The notes under the pieces are model-generated. The model worked only from the letters and a program-made list of their open reading frames with translations, had not been told where the DNA came from and did not search any database. From the NCBI GenBank assembly GCA_035301025.1, contig DATGUV010000021.1:1-60190 (forward strand): DNA of 60,190 nt. Reading direction: 5' to 3'. Each line of letters starts with the position of its first letter. Position 1 is the stretch's first letter. The stretch is from Bacillota bacterium. GTDB lineage: Bacteria > Bacillota > Bacilli > Bacillales > Amphibacillaceae. Of the stretch, positions 1-10,682 are shown piece after piece. The position numbers and the translations under genes are program-made.

Positions 1-260
1 CCTTTAATCGTCATGTATCCTTCTCGCAACTCATCTTCCATTCGATATAATGAGTAAGCACTAATCTGATTCAACATAGATTGAACATGTGATCTTTGTA
101 AAACAAACTCTTCAATAAAAATTACAAAATCATCAAATACAAGTTCAATAGATTGGTGAATTCTACAGCGAATCTCCTGCAATCTTGTCCATTGATTACG
201 TATATGTGAATGTAAAATGGTTCGAATACGTACCGGAAAGATCTGTAAAATCTCCTCCAT
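1..260 (-). CDS. spoIIIAA: Stage III sporulation protein AA, N-terminal part (runs off window start)
   Basis: Not in ORF track. Manual translation MEEILQIFPVRIR...LQEIRCRI...SLYRMEDELREGYMTIKG resembles SpoIIIAA; RBS AGAGGGG; downstream of efp as in B. subtilis. Confidence 0.9.
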   Translation of the reverse strand, partial: MEEILQIFPVRIRTILHSHIRNQWTRLQEIRCRIHQSIELVFDDFVIFIEEFVLQRSHVQSMLNQISAYSLYRMEDELREGYMTIK

Positions 261-295
261 ATGCATACCCCTCTTGCGCTTCTACTTCTATAGTA

Positions 296-323
296 AATGT
301 ATGTATGAATAATCAATTTATGC
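296..323 (-). promoter_or_regulatory. Putative sigma-E promoter of spoIIIA
   Basis: GCATAAA-N13-CATACATT on minus strand upstream of spoIIIAA, close to sigma-E consensus. Confidence 0.65.
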
Positions 324-356
324 TTTAATTTAAAAACAAGTAACAATAGATCATGC

Positions 357-470
357 AAATAAATGGATGATGACCAAAAATTTCTACTTCACTCCTCTAT
401 GCAATTTCAAGCGACTTAACAGAACTACATGTGAGAGAGGTAGAATAACATACATATGATGACATTCATT
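357..470 (+). repeat. Copy 1 (diverged) of ~115-bp palindromic intergenic element
   Basis: ATGACCAAAAA-TTTCTACTTC...AACAGAACTACATGT...GAGGTAGAATAACATACATATGATGACATTCATT aligns with copies 3-6. Confidence 0.8.
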
Positions 471-563
471 ATGTCCTAGTAAATATAATATGAGACAAAA
501 AAATGATCCCTAACGTAATCGCTAGGAATCATATGGTTACCAAAAGTATGTGTTTAATTTTTA

Positions 564-1121
564 TTATGCTCTTGAGACGTATTTACCATCTGAAGTACTT
601 ATAATTAATGACTCACCTTGGTTAATAAATAGTGGGACCTGAACAGTAATCCCCGTTTCTAATGTGGCTGACTTTGAACCACCACTTACGGTATCGCCTT
701 TTAATCCTGGTTCAGTTTCAGTCACTTCTAGTTCTACGTATTTCGGTAAGGACACTCCAATGATTTCATCTTCATACGTCATTATAGAAACTTCCATGTT
801 TTCTTTAATAAACTTCAACTCATGTTCAATTTGTTCTGTTGGCAACTCAATTTGTTCATATGTGGAAGTATCCATAAATGCATGCATATTTCCTGAAGCA
901 TATAGATATTGCATTGTTTTATGCTCGATATGTGCTCTTGCTACACGTTCTCCTGCTCGAAACGTTTTTTCTTGAATATTTCCGTTTCTTAAATTTCGTA
1001 ATTTTGAGCGAACGAAGGCAGCACCTTTTCCTGGTTTCACGTGTTGGAACTCTATTACTTGCCAAATACTTCCATTTACTTCTATCGTTAGACCTGTTTT
1101 AAAATCATTTACGGATATCAT
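564..1121 (-). CDS. efp: Translation elongation factor P
   Basis: [12 protein letters not shown] motif, VPLFIN, YVSRA end. Confidence 0.98.
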   Translation of the reverse strand: MISVNDFKTGLTIEVNGSIWQVIEFQHVKPGKGAAFVRSKLRNLRNGNIQEKTFRAGERVARAHIEHKTMQYLYASGNMHAFMDTSTYEQIELPTEQIEHELKFIKENMEVSIMTYEDEIIGVSLPKYVELEVTETEPGLKGDTVSGGSKSATLETGITVQVPLFINQGESLIISTSDGKYVSRA

Positions 1122-1150
1122 TGATTTTTTCCTCCCTTAATCCTGCTGGC

Positions 1151-2215
1151 TTATTCAATCGTAATCAATTCTTTTGTAGATGTTGTTAAACGTTCGTTTC
1201 CGTTTTCTGTAATGATTAAATCGTCCTCAATACGACATCCACCTACTGACGGAATGTAAATTCCCGGTTCAACAGTTACAGCCATTCCAGGAGCTAAAAC
1301 AGTCTCACTTGCTGAAGATAATCTCGGTTCTTCATGTACTTCTAAACCAATTCCATGTCCTGTTGAATGACCAAAATACTGCCCATATCCTTTATCAGTA
1401 ATATAGTCGCGTGTAAGAGCATCTGCTTCTTTACCAGTCATTCCTGGACGAATATGTTCAACTCCTCGTTTTTGTGCCTCTAATACAACGTCATATATTT
1501 CACGTAACTCATCCGATATACTACCAATTGCAACTGTACGCGTAATGTCTGATACATATCCATTGTAAAGTGCCCCAAAATCCATTGTTACCAATTCGCC
1601 TTTTTCGATCACTTTATTGGACGCAACCCCATGCGGCAACGCCGATCTGTATCCAGACGCAACGATTATATCAAAACTAGAAGATGTTGCTCCTAAGGAA
1701 CGCATATGCATTTCTAGCTCATTGGCTACATCAATTTCTTTCATGCCAGGACGGATGAATTGTGTAATATGATGATATGTATCGTCAGCAATTTTTGCTG
1801 CATCTTGAATGATTTTTATTTCTTCCGCGTCTTTTGTGACCCTCAATTGTTCCATAAATCCACTAATAGGAACTAATTGTATATTAAATAATCTATGATA
1901 TTGTTGGTATTTTGCAAATGAAACGTAATCTTCTTCAAATGCTAGGCTTTGAATATTTCTTTTTTGAAGTTGCGTATGTACTTCTGTTTCCATGGTCTGT
2001 TTTTGCTCAACAACCGTATACCCTTTTACTTGATCTGAGGCTTGCTCAGTATACCTAAAGTCTGTAATGAAACAAGCGTCATCTTTCGTAATTAACGCGA
2101 GTCCGCTAGAACCAGTAAATCCAGTCATATATCGTAAATTATAAGAACTTGTTACTAATAATGCGTCAATGTCATGGTCCTGTAAATATGTACGTACACG
2201 ATCAATCTTATTCAT
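1151..2215 (-). CDS. papA: Xaa-Pro peptidase (M24 family)
   Basis: HSTGHGIGLEVHE, TVEPGIY, RIEDD; yqhT position upstream of efp. Confidence 0.92.
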   Translation of the reverse strand: MNKIDRVRTYLQDHDIDALLVTSSYNLRYMTGFTGSSGLALITKDDACFITDFRYTEQASDQVKGYTVVEQKQTMETEVHTQLQKRNIQSLAFEEDYVSFAKYQQYHRLFNIQLVPISGFMEQLRVTKDAEEIKIIQDAAKIADDTYHHITQFIRPGMKEIDVANELEMHMRSLGATSSSFDIIVASGYRSALPHGVASNKVIEKGELVTMDFGALYNGYVSDITRTVAIGSISDELREIYDVVLEAQKRGVEHIRPGMTGKEADALTRDYITDKGYGQYFGHSTGHGIGLEVHEEPRLSSASETVLAPGMAVTVEPGIYIPSVGGCRIEDDLIITENGNERLTTSTKELITIE

Positions 2216-2246
2216 AAGTTATTCTTCCTCCCTTTATTCTCTATCT

Positions 2247-2690
2247 TTAGTGTAAATTATTCAACCTATCATGTAGGGCTTGTACAGCAAGGAGGTATCC
2301 TTGTTTCCCTAATCCAATAATTTGACCAATGCATGCAGGAGCAGTATAAGAAATATGTCTAAAAGATTCCCTTTTATGAACATTCGATAAATGAACTTCA
2401 ACTACCGGTGTATCAATCGCTTGGATAGCATCATGTAGTGCCACACTCGTATGGGTATATGCCGCTGGGTTAAAAACAACCCCATTATACGTTTGATGGG
2501 CTTGATGAATATAATCAATCAAGTCCCCTTCATGGTTTGATTGGTAACAATCAACTTGAAGATTGAGGGAAGCTCCAAACTCTTGCACTTCCTTCTCGAT
2601 TTGTTCCAAAGTATCCATTCCGTAAATGTCCTGTTCTCTTGTTCCAAGCATGTTGATATTTGGTCCATTTAGCAACAGTATCTTTTTCAT
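2247..2690 (-). CDS. aroQ: Type II 3-dehydroquinate dehydratase
   Basis: NGPNINMLG, NPAAYTHTS, EVHLSN motifs. Confidence 0.96.
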   Translation of the reverse strand: MKKILLLNGPNINMLGTREQDIYGMDTLEQIEKEVQEFGASLNLQVDCYQSNHEGDLIDYIHQAHQTYNGVVFNPAAYTHTSVALHDAIQAIDTPVVEVHLSNVHKRESFRHISYTAPACIGQIIGLGKQGYLLAVQALHDRLNNLH

Positions 2691-2759
2691 CTATTACACT
2701 CTCCTAAACACTGATTCAATGTATTACCAGTTTACCACAAAAATCAACATTTGGATAAC

Positions 2760-3275
2760 TTACCCTTGCTTGTTTAACACTTGTATTTCTTTTCTATGGC
2801 ATAGAGATTCTGTGTAATCAAAGGAGATTGAATAGCCAATACTTATTCCAAATAATATATGCATATTAAAAATAGTGAAGGTTGATGCGGCAGAATGGAA
2901 AAAAAGTGACTCTCCGATAAATAGTGGGTGAATGATAAAAAGATGCATCAAAGCAATAAACGCACCATAGGCTATCCCCATCCAAATAGATCGTACCTTT
3001 TTTGCAAGTACATAATACACTAAAGCTAAACAGATGGATATTAGTACCATTACAAAAGCTGTAACAAAGATTTGCGCCCATCTGGGGATATCAAATACCA
3101 TATTGATACTATCTTTAATATAATAGTGTGCTGGATAAGAAGTGAATTTAAAAAAAGATACAATCGACCAGAAGAAATAAAAAGCAACTCCCATTGAAGC
3201 ACCTGTTCCAATCGTTCTCGCTAAAACAGCTTGTTTTGAATATTTTGCTTGTTCGTTCGTTAGATCCTGACTCAT
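2760..3275 (-). CDS. yqhR: YqhR-like membrane protein
   Basis: Four hydrophobic segments, IGYSISFDY C-terminal motif, synteny; start chosen after GAGGTG RBS. Confidence 0.75.
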   Translation of the reverse strand: MSQDLTNEQAKYSKQAVLARTIGTGASMGVAFYFFWSIVSFFKFTSYPAHYYIKDSINMVFDIPRWAQIFVTAFVMVLISICLALVYYVLAKKVRSIWMGIAYGAFIALMHLFIIHPLFIGESLFFHSAASTFTIFNMHILFGISIGYSISFDYTESLCHRKEIQVLNKQG

Positions 3276-3300
3276 AAATAGCACCTCTAGTATGTGGTTT

Positions 3301-3376
3301 AATGAATTTCATAATACGTATTTTATGCTAGTTCAATACTACATGTAGAGATTCTGATCATTAAGAAATTCATTCA
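3301..3376 (-). repeat. Copy 2 (internally deleted) of palindromic element
   Basis: Minus strand reads TGAATGAATTTCTTAATGATCAGAAT...TAGCATAAAATACGTATTATGAAATTCATT; both ends kept, apical part missing. Confidence 0.85.
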
Positions 3377-3623
3377 GTTACGTATATTATGCATAAGGAT
3401 CTACTTCATATACATAGCTCCTTAGGTTCATTGAAATACCAATACGTAGATTCCACACATTAAAAACATATAAGATACGTATTCCATGAAGAACGTCACT
3501 AGAAGCAAACGGAAATTTGTAGTACGATAATAGTATAGAGAAATGGATAATTGTTACTCAATTGGTAATACTATGGATACAATATAACTTGGGCGACTAT
3601 ACTATAGAATAGAAGGTGACGAT

Positions 3624-3986
3624 GTGCGCAAACTACCATTTATATTTCTTTGTGTAATTCTTGCTCTCGCTGTTTTTGGCTTTATGATTTCCTTAGCAAC
3701 AGAACCTTTGCAACTATTATTATCAACTGGAAAAATGTTGCTTGTTGCTGCAGTGTTTTTTGCCATTGTATACTTTCTGTTTTTCAGGCACAGACAACAC
3801 AACAATACTTCTAAAAAGTATAAACAAGCTGTCAAACAGTCCCAAAAGAAATATGGAAATGTACAGGATAAACAAGCTTTTAAACGTGCTACACATGCTT
3901 CTAAAAAGAAATCTAAGCGAAATGCTAGTCATTTACGTGTCATTGAAGGAAATAAATCAAAAAAAGATGATCATGCTTCGTTTTAG
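3624..3986 (+). CDS. yqhP: YqhP/SA1362-family membrane protein
   Basis: Two N-terminal TM segments, KYKQAVKQS and HLRVIEGNK motifs, synteny. Confidence 0.8.
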   Translation: MRKLPFIFLCVILALAVFGFMISLATEPLQLLLSTGKMLLVAAVFFAIVYFLFFRHRQHNNTSKKYKQAVKQSQKKYGNVQDKQAFKRATHASKKKSKRNASHLRVIEGNKSKKDDHASF

Positions 3987-4001
3987 ACAATTCTTATAAT
4001 G

Positions 4002-4889
4002 TTAAGGCCAATGCGTTAAAAATGCATTGGTTTTTTTATAACCTTTTTGTATAAGGTTTTGCTTTTCTTGATCTGTCAATGAAAAATTTAATGTATCTAC
4101 ATGTGATGTAGGTATAAAGATAATATGATGTTGTTTAGATTTTGATATATAGCGGTTATCATGGGCTACAATCATCGTCGAAAATAATGCTTGCAACATA
4201 TCTAATGCATTTGTAATTTTTCGTGGCTTTGTATGTACATGTTCGCTTGTCAATTTCACACCAATAATTGGTCTTTTACGTTTGTTCCTATCAGCATCAA
4301 ATATCCACAACGGAAAATTACTTAATAGTCCCCCATCAACGATTAAACTTTTATTTCCTTGAATATCTCTCATTTGTTTAGGCATAAAAAAGTAAGGATA
4401 CCCTGCACTCATGCGAATGGCTCGTGCAATTGGAAATGTTTTCGGGCAAACACCATATACTTCTTCTAAATCATCTGGGAGCACAATAAGCTTGCTTTTA
4501 GATATGTCGCTCACTACAATTTTGTAAGCATCCTTTCTTATATCAGAAAAAGTATACACATTTTTGGCAGCCAACTTCTCATACAACCATTTCTCAAATC
4601 GGTTTCCATAGTACAATCCTAGTTGTTTATATAAGAAAAACCATTTCGTAAAAGGAAATACTTGCACAAATTTAGGAGCATCAAGAAATGATTGAACATT
4701 CAATTCCTCTAGCAACGTACGAATTTCTACCCGCGTGTATCCTGCAGCAATAAAGCCAGCAATAATAGCTCCGGCAGACGTACCAGCTACTCGTTCCAGT
4801 TGATAGCCATGTTCTTCTAAGCTATCAAGAACTCCAATATATGCATATGCTTTCAATCCACCACCGGCAAACACCCCGTCAATTTTCAT
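4002..4889 (-). CDS. yqhO: Patatin-like phospholipase
   Basis: GGG oxyanion motif, GTSAG, DGG. Confidence 0.9.
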   Translation of the reverse strand: MKIDGVFAGGGLKAYAYIGVLDSLEEHGYQLERVAGTSAGAIIAGFIAAGYTRVEIRTLLEELNVQSFLDAPKFVQVFPFTKWFFLYKQLGLYYGNRFEKWLYEKLAAKNVYTFSDIRKDAYKIVVSDISKSKLIVLPDDLEEVYGVCPKTFPIARAIRMSAGYPYFFMPKQMRDIQGNKSLIVDGGLLSNFPLWIFDADRNKRKRPIIGVKLTSEHVHTKPRKITNALDMLQALFSTMIVAHDNRYISKSKQHHIIFIPTSHVDTLNFSLTDQEKQNLIQKGYKKTNAFLTHWP

Positions 4890-5167
4890 ATTCATCCCCT
4901 TTTTTCATTCTCCATTCATAATTACTTTTAAGAATATGCATTACTAGTCGGTAGTTGTGTAGTTGGACAATAGTTGTAAGTTTGTGAATGTTCGATGAGT
5001 AGCAATTGTAAACGTATCTTATCTTATTCACTCATCCATTGTAGTAGAACGTGGGACAAAGGAGTTTAGAGACATTAAAAAATACACTTTCATAAGTTCC
5101 CTCATGAAAGTGCACGTGTGCTTGCGTATTGATCGTGTATCGAGATTTCTATACAATATCATTTCTT

Positions 5168-5635
5168 TTAGTCCTGACGATGATTGTGATGTTCCTTCCC
5201 ATCTTCTTCAGCAGCTTTTTCCTCATTTTCCTTTTGGATGTCTCTTAAACGATTCACGCGTGACGGATCTTCGGTAAAATATTGTACTAACTCGCTAATT
5301 CGATCAATGGATGTCCAGCTTAAATGATGTTCAATACCTTCTACATCATCATAAATTTTATCAGCATCAACGCCAATTATTTCTAGAAAGTCTTCAAGTA
5401 AGTCATGTCTAAATACTAATTTTTTACCAATCTTATGTCCACGTTCTGTTAAAATTAATCCACGATATTTTTCATAGATGAGAAATCCATCTTTATCAAG
5501 TTTCTGGACCATTTTTGTAACAGATGACGGATGGACATCTAATCCTTCAGCAATATCGGAAACACGTGCATATCCTTTAAAATGAATTAAATTATATATT
5601 TGTTCTATGTAATCTTCCATCGTAGGTGTTGGCAC
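5168..5635 (-). CDS. mntR: Manganese-dependent transcriptional regulator MntR
   Basis: [10 protein letters not shown]...YEKYRG...EGIEHHLSW; GTG start after AGGAGG. Confidence 0.96.
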   Translation of the reverse strand: MPTPTMEDYIEQIYNLIHFKGYARVSDIAEGLDVHPSSVTKMVQKLDKDGFLIYEKYRGLILTERGHKIGKKLVFRHDLLEDFLEIIGVDADKIYDDVEGIEHHLSWTSIDRISELVQYFTEDPSRVNRLRDIQKENEEKAAEEDGKEHHNHRQD

Positions 5636-5830
5636 AGAAATCCCTCCTAAAAAGATTTGGTTACTTTTTAGCAACATTGTTTCTCCTTCGAATCATACAT
5701 GATTTCTGTACTCTTTACAAGGGAATCCAAAACGATCCTCATTCATGCAATAATGATGGTCTAATGCAAAAAATAATTAACTCTTAAGGTATTAGCTAAT
5801 ACCTGCGAATTCTACACAACAATTGTCATA

Positions 5831-5870
5831 AAAAAGTAACGAATCCAACGTATTGGATTCGTTACTTTTT
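5831..5870 (-). terminator. Rho-independent terminator of nrdJ
   Basis: Perfect inverted repeat AAAAAGTAACGAATCCAA-cgta-TTGGATTCGTTACTTTTT. Confidence 0.85.
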
Positions 5871-5875
5871 ATGTT

Positions 5876-8437
5876 TTATAATCCACACTTTAATTGAGCG
5901 CCACAACTAGTACATGTATTACATCCACCAATATCTGCTACATGTCCTTTTCTACATACTGGACATCGATCTCCAATTTCAGAACCTATAGTTACATTCG
6001 TTTTATCTAATTCATGAATCGTGTCCATTAAAACTACGCGAGGTTTTTCATGGATCAATTCTTCTGCTTTTTCTTCCTCAAGAGAAGCTTCATCAGACTT
6101 CAATGTCAGTACTTGTGAATCTCTACTTCCATCCACATATACCGTACCACCTTTTGCCCCTCCGTCATATAAACGCTTGTACACATTTTCAACCTGTTCA
6201 ACAGAGTATCCACGTGGTGCGTTCACAGTTTTAGAAATAGAGCTATCTACCCAACGTTGGATGACACATTGTGTATCCGCATGAGCTTCTGGTGTTAAGT
6301 CCATAGCTGAAATAAACCAATGCGGGAGTTCTGTATCTTTTTGTTCTGGGTGTTCTTCTAAATATTCTTCTACAATACGTGCATTCACTTCAATAAACTT
6401 ACCAAGACGACCACTTCTAAAGTACGAAAATGAGAAGTAAGGTTCCAATCCTGTTGATACTCCAACCATTGTTCCTGTGGATCCAGTAGGTGCAACTGTT
6501 AATAAGTGAGAGTTTCGAATTCCATGTTTAAGGACTCCTTCACGAATATCTTCAGGCATTTGCTTCATATATCCAGAATTCACGAATGATTCTCTTAATG
6601 ATTTTGTTTCCTCATCTGTTTTACCAATTAGAAATGGAAAGCTTCCTTTTTCTTTTGCTAATTGAATAGAAGTACGATATGCAGTTGTAGCGATTATTTC
6701 AAAGATTTGATCTACTAGCTCATTTCCTTCTGCTGATCCATATTCCGTCTCACAGTATATTAGTAAGTCATGAAGCCCCATCACGCCTAAACCAATACGG
6801 CGCTCTCCAAGTGCTTGGGTTTTGTTATCTTCTAGAAAATATGGTGTTGCATCAATCACGTTATCTTGCATCCGAACACCGATTTCTACTGTGTTTTCTA
6901 GTTTTTCAAAGTTTACTGATTTTGTGTCTTTATGAGCCATTTCTGCCAAGTTAACAGCTGCTAAGTTACAAACAGAGTAGGGTGCTAATGGTTGTTCACC
7001 ACACGGGTTTGTCGCAACTACTTTTTGTCCATACGCTTTAGCATTTGTCATATCATTTGCATTATCGATAAAGAAAATGCCAGGTTCTGCAGCATATGTT
7101 GCACATACGTTAATGAGATCCCATAAATCTTTTGCCCGAATTGAGCGGTATGTGCGAACAGCATAACCCATCTTTTCCCATTCACGTACGTCACCAATTT
7201 CATGCCACTTTTCATTATACTCTTTCATTTCTTGTTCAGTATATTGTTCCACATCAGGGAAACGTAAGTCATATGTCGTATCTTCTTCTACAGCTTTCAT
7301 AAATTCCTTTGTTAAACAAACAGAAATATTTGCTCCTGTTAAAAAATCAGACTGATGAACATCATAAGTTCCGCCTTCTAACAATTTAGTTTCTGCCTCT
7401 TTGATTGCTGCTTCCGTAAAGCCTCCAGTTCCTGGCATTGTACGGTAGTTTAGAATTCCTTGATACAAATCTTTTTCTGTTTCTGTGAGTGGAGTGAATT
7501 TTAATTTTTCTTGAGCCACTGTTTTTATTTGATCATCCGTTGTATTCTCAATTAAATAACGAAGAATTCTCGGGTTTTGCATTTTAGAAATAATAAATTC
7601 AACAATATCCGGGTGAGAATCCACAAGCATAATCATTTGTGCTCCGCGTCTACTTCCACCTTGTTCAACTAGATGAGTGAGTTTGGCAATATCATCTAGC
7701 CAAGAAACTGAGCCAGAAGATTTTCCATTTACTCCGCGAGCAAGAGCGTTTCTCGGACGTAATGTTGAACCATTTGTACCAACGCCCCCACCTCTACTCA
7801 TAATTTCCATTACTTGTTTTCGGTGATCAGAAATTCCTTCACGTGAATCTTTAATATAAGGCATTACATAACAATTAAAATAAGTAACATCTGTTTGTGC
7901 GCCTGCACCATATAAAACTCTTCCGGCAGGGATAAAATTCATGTGAGACAATTCTTGATTAAATTTCTCAAACCAACCTGCTTGTTTTTCTGGAGTGTCT
8001 TCTACAGAGGAAAGCCCAGTTGCATTTCGTTTTGCAATTTGTTCATAGTACACTTCTAAAGGTTTATCAATGACATCGATTGACCTGCGAACAATTCCAG
8101 TTTTTGCTTCATCTTCATTGTCAATGACAGAAACAAATTCAGGTTCAATTTGAATTTCTGCCTCTTGCTTGTCCCAATCAATTGCAGTTATAAAACCCGT
8201 TCCTCTTGCTGGAAAGTTCGGATCAGCTTTTACAGTTAACACAACAAAGTCTCCTACTTTTAGTGTTTTTTTCTCCGTATCTTTAAATGCATATCGATCA
8301 AGCATTACAAGACGTGATACCCCACTATGTGTCGTTTTCATATCCCCAGTTATTGGATGTACTTGTGTAAACTTTGCAATATCATCGTTTAGTGATGAAA
8401 CATTCACTTTCATATTCATTATCGTTTCAGTTGACAT
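5876..8437 (-). CDS. nrdJ: Class II (vitamin B12-dependent) ribonucleotide reductase
   Basis: PAGRVL, FNCYV, TNPCGEQ, VAPTGS, C-terminal CxxC..CxxC..C; no small subunit gene adjacent. Confidence 0.93.
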   Translation of the reverse strand: MSTETIMNMKVNVSSLNDDIAKFTQVHPITGDMKTTHSGVSRLVMLDRYAFKDTEKKTLKVGDFVVLTVKADPNFPARGTGFITAIDWDKQEAEIQIEPEFVSVIDNEDEAKTGIVRRSIDVIDKPLEVYYEQIAKRNATGLSSVEDTPEKQAGWFEKFNQELSHMNFIPAGRVLYGAGAQTDVTYFNCYVMPYIKDSREGISDHRKQVMEIMSRGGGVGTNGSTLRPRNALARGVNGKSSGSVSWLDDIAKLTHLVEQGGSRRGAQMIMLVDSHPDIVEFIISKMQNPRILRYLIENTTDDQIKTVAQEKLKFTPLTETEKDLYQGILNYRTMPGTGGFTEAAIKEAETKLLEGGTYDVHQSDFLTGANISVCLTKEFMKAVEEDTTYDLRFPDVEQYTEQEMKEYNEKWHEIGDVREWEKMGYAVRTYRSIRAKDLWDLINVCATYAAEPGIFFIDNANDMTNAKAYGQKVVATNPCGEQPLAPYSVCNLAAVNLAEMAHKDTKSVNFEKLENTVEIGVRMQDNVIDATPYFLEDNKTQALGERRIGLGVMGLHDLLIYCETEYGSAEGNELVDQIFEIIATTAYRTSIQLAKEKGSFPFLIGKTDEETKSLRESFVNSGYMKQMPEDIREGVLKHGIRNSHLLTVAPTGSTGTMVGVSTGLEPYFSFSYFRSGRLGKFIEVNARIVEEYLEEHPEQKDTELPHWFISAMDLTPEAHADTQCVIQRWVDSSISKTVNAPRGYSVEQVENVYKRLYDGGAKGGTVYVDGSRDSQVLTLKSDEASLEEEKAEELIHEKPRVVLMDTIHELDKTNVTIGSEIGDRCPVCRKGHVADIGGCNTCTSCGAQLKCGL

Positions 8438-8481
8438 TCCCCATACACTCCTTCAAAAAACTATTATGTATATTCACTTTA

Positions 8482-8529
8482 ATACAACATCTTGTATTAA
8501 AAATGCTCATTTAACACTATATCTAGTAC
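8482..8529. promoter_or_regulatory. Tandem NrdR boxes
   Basis: ATACAACATCTTGTAT (8482-8497) and ACACTATATCTAGTAC (8514-8529), resembling acaCwAtATaTwGtgt, 32 bp apart. Confidence 0.85.
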
Positions 8530-8557
8530 TATAACCAATAGCACACGATATTGTCAA
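8528..8557 (-). promoter_or_regulatory. Sigma-A promoter of nrdJ
   Basis: TTGACA-N18-TATAGT on minus strand, -10 abutting an NrdR box. Confidence 0.7.
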
Positions 8558-8786
8558 TAGGTATTTGGACAATAAAATAATGTCTATAAGATGATTTGAT
8601 ATGGTATTTATTACCTATTCATCCAAATCATTCCATAGACACGTATTCTATTTCCTTTGTGACGGTGTGCGTACGATTTACATTTTTCAAAAAAACTTTT
8701 TTCACATTTAAATGAATCTCCTTTGATATTCTATCATAATCTAACTATAATAGTAGATAGAATGATCAATAAACGGAGGAACACAT

Positions 8787-9152
8787 ATGAAATTTATTGT
8801 TATTGCACTCGTAGCACTACTTGCATTTGCTATTTTTAGACATTATCGTCAACGATCTCATTTAAAAATATTAAATCAAGATGATTTTACCAATCGGAAA
8901 GCACAATTAATTGATGTCCGTGAACCACAAGAGTTTGAAAGAGGACATATTCTAGGGGCTCGAAATATTCCCATGACCCAATTGAAACAACGGTTAGTTG
9001 AAATCCGTCCAGACAAACCAGTATATCTATACTGCCAAAATATTTCTCGCTCCAGTAGAGCTGCAAATATACTTCGCAAAAAAGGATACACTGATATTAG
9101 TTTACTAAAAGGTGGATTTCGTAAATGGGAAGGCAAAATTAAATTTAAATAA
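8787..9152 (+). CDS. yqhL: Membrane-anchored rhodanese-domain protein
   Basis: LIDVRE, GHILGARNIP, YLYCQ, LKGGF; synteny with gcvPB. Confidence 0.9.
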   Translation: MKFIVIALVALLAFAIFRHYRQRSHLKILNQDDFTNRKAQLIDVREPQEFERGHILGARNIPMTQLKQRLVEIRPDKPVYLYCQNISRSSRAANILRKKGYTDISLLKGGFRKWEGKIKFK

Positions 9153-9168
9153 TTATTATTTTTCAAAT

Positions 9169-9208
9169 AAAAATGCATGAATATGACGTTCATATTCATG
9201 CATTTTTT
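9169..9208. terminator. Bidirectional terminator between yqhL and gcvPB
   Basis: AAAATGCATGAATATGA-cgt-TCATATTCATGCATTTT. Confidence 0.85.
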
Positions 9209-9215
9209 GATGGTT

Positions 9216-10682
9216 CTATTCAACTTCTTTTTGATACCTTAACACTGGTTTTCTTGCTGCTGTTGTTTCATCCAACCTTCCAACTACAGCTTTGTGTGGA
9301 GCTTCTAAGACAATGTCAGGATTTTCATCTGTTTCTTCGCTAATTTGTAACATAGCTGCAATAAATTGATCTAACGTTTCTTTTGATTCTGTTTCCGTTG
9401 GTTCAATCATCAATGCTTCTTCTACGATCAATGGGAAGTAAACGGTTGGTGGATGGATGTTCATGTCCATCAAACGTTTAGCAATATCCATCGTGCGAAC
9501 TCCTTTTTTCTTCTGCTTGCTACCTGAAATGACAAACTCATGTTTACAATGTTGTGTAAACGGAAGTTCATATGCTTCTTCTAAATTACGCATCAAGTAG
9601 TTTGAGTTAAGTACTGCATACTCACTTACATTTTTTAAACCTTTAGGTCCCATTGTACGAATATACGTGTATGCTCTTAAGTATATTCCAAAGTTTCCGT
9701 AGTAGCTTTTTACCATACCGATAGACTCGGGACGATCATAATCAAAATCATATACGCCATCTTTTTCACGCACCACTGGCTTCGGTAAGAATGGTGCTAA
9801 TTCCTCTGATACACCAATCGGACCTGAACCTGGTCCTCCGCCGCCGTGTGGTCCTGTAAATGTTTTGTGCAAGTTTAAGTGTACAGCATCAAATCCCATG
9901 TCTCCTGGACGACTATACCCCATAATTGCGTTTAAATTCGCCCCATCATAGAACAGTTTCCCACCAACTCCATGGACAATTTCGGCCATTTCAATAATTT
10001 CTGTTTCAAACAAACCTAATGTGTTTGGGTTCGTTAACATCAGTGCTGCGGTTTTATCACTAACAACACGTTTTAAATCTTCAACATCAACAAGTCCTTT
10101 GTCATTTGACTTCACTTCTACTGTTTTATAACCTGCTAAAGATGCCGATGCAGGGTTTGTACCGTGAGCAGAGTCAGGGACAATCACTTCATCACGATGA
10201 TGGTCTCCATTTGCATCATGAAAAGCCTTAATCATCATTAATGATGTCCACTCTCCTTGAGAACCTGCGGCAGGCTGCAATGAAATCTCATGCATTCCTG
10301 TAATTTCTTCTAAGTGAACTTGTAAATCATACATTACTTCTAAAGCACCTTGAACAGTTTTCGTGTCTTGGTATGGATGAATGTGACTAAATCCAGGTAG
10401 TCTGGCAACATCTTCATTAATTACCGGGTTATATTTCATCGTACAAGAACCTAACGGATAAAAGCCTGACAAAATTCCATAGTTTCGATTAGATAAGCCT
10501 GTATAGTGACGCATTAATCCTAATTCATCAACCTCAGGAAGTTCTGCATCTACTTTTCGTACATATACATCATTCAAGTCTTCTGTCAGGTCAACTTTTG
10601 GAACATCAAGCGCTGGTAAATTATAGCTTGTCCTGCCTTCTTGACTGCGTTCAAAAATTAACGGAAAATTTTCCTTAGCCAT
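9216..10682 (-). CDS. gcvPB: Glycine dehydrogenase subunit 2
   Basis: [27 protein letters not shown]. Confidence 0.97.
   Translation of the reverse strand: MAKENFPLIFERSQEGRTSYNLPALDVPKVDLTEDLNDVYVRKVDAELPEVDELGLMRHYTGLSNRNYGILSGFYPLGSCTMKYNPVINEDVARLPGFSHIHPYQDTKTVQGALEVMYDLQVHLEEITGMHEISLQPAAGSQGEWTSLMMIKAFHDANGDHHRDEVIVPDSAHGTNPASASLAGYKTVEVKSNDKGLVDVEDLKRVVSDKTAALMLTNPNTLGLFETEIIEMAEIVHGVGGKLFYDGANLNAIMGYSRPGDMGFDAVHLNLHKTFTGPHGGGGPGSGPIGVSEELAPFLPKPVVREKDGVYDFDYDRPESIGMVKSYYGNFGIYLRAYTYIRTMGPKGLKNVSEYAVLNSNYLMRNLEEAYELPFTQHCKHEFVISGSKQKKKGVRTMDIAKRLMDMNIHPPTVYFPLIVEEALMIEPTETESKETLDQFIAAMLQISEETDENPDIVLEAPHKAVVGRLDETTAARKPVLRYQKEVE

Noticed and set aside
122-358. 78-aa ORF in the track
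   Set aside because: Wrong frame; the real gene is spoIIIAA starting at 260
4984-5075. Possible eighth degenerate element copy (GTAGCAATTGTAAACGTAT) and a GTGGGACAAA motif resembling other Bacillaceae repeat ends
   Set aside because: Too short and diverged to support by eye; needs a profile search
5876-8437. Intein or intron in nrdJ, or a cobalamin riboswitch upstream
   Set aside because: ORF is uninterrupted with no intein motifs; the short leader holds NrdR boxes only
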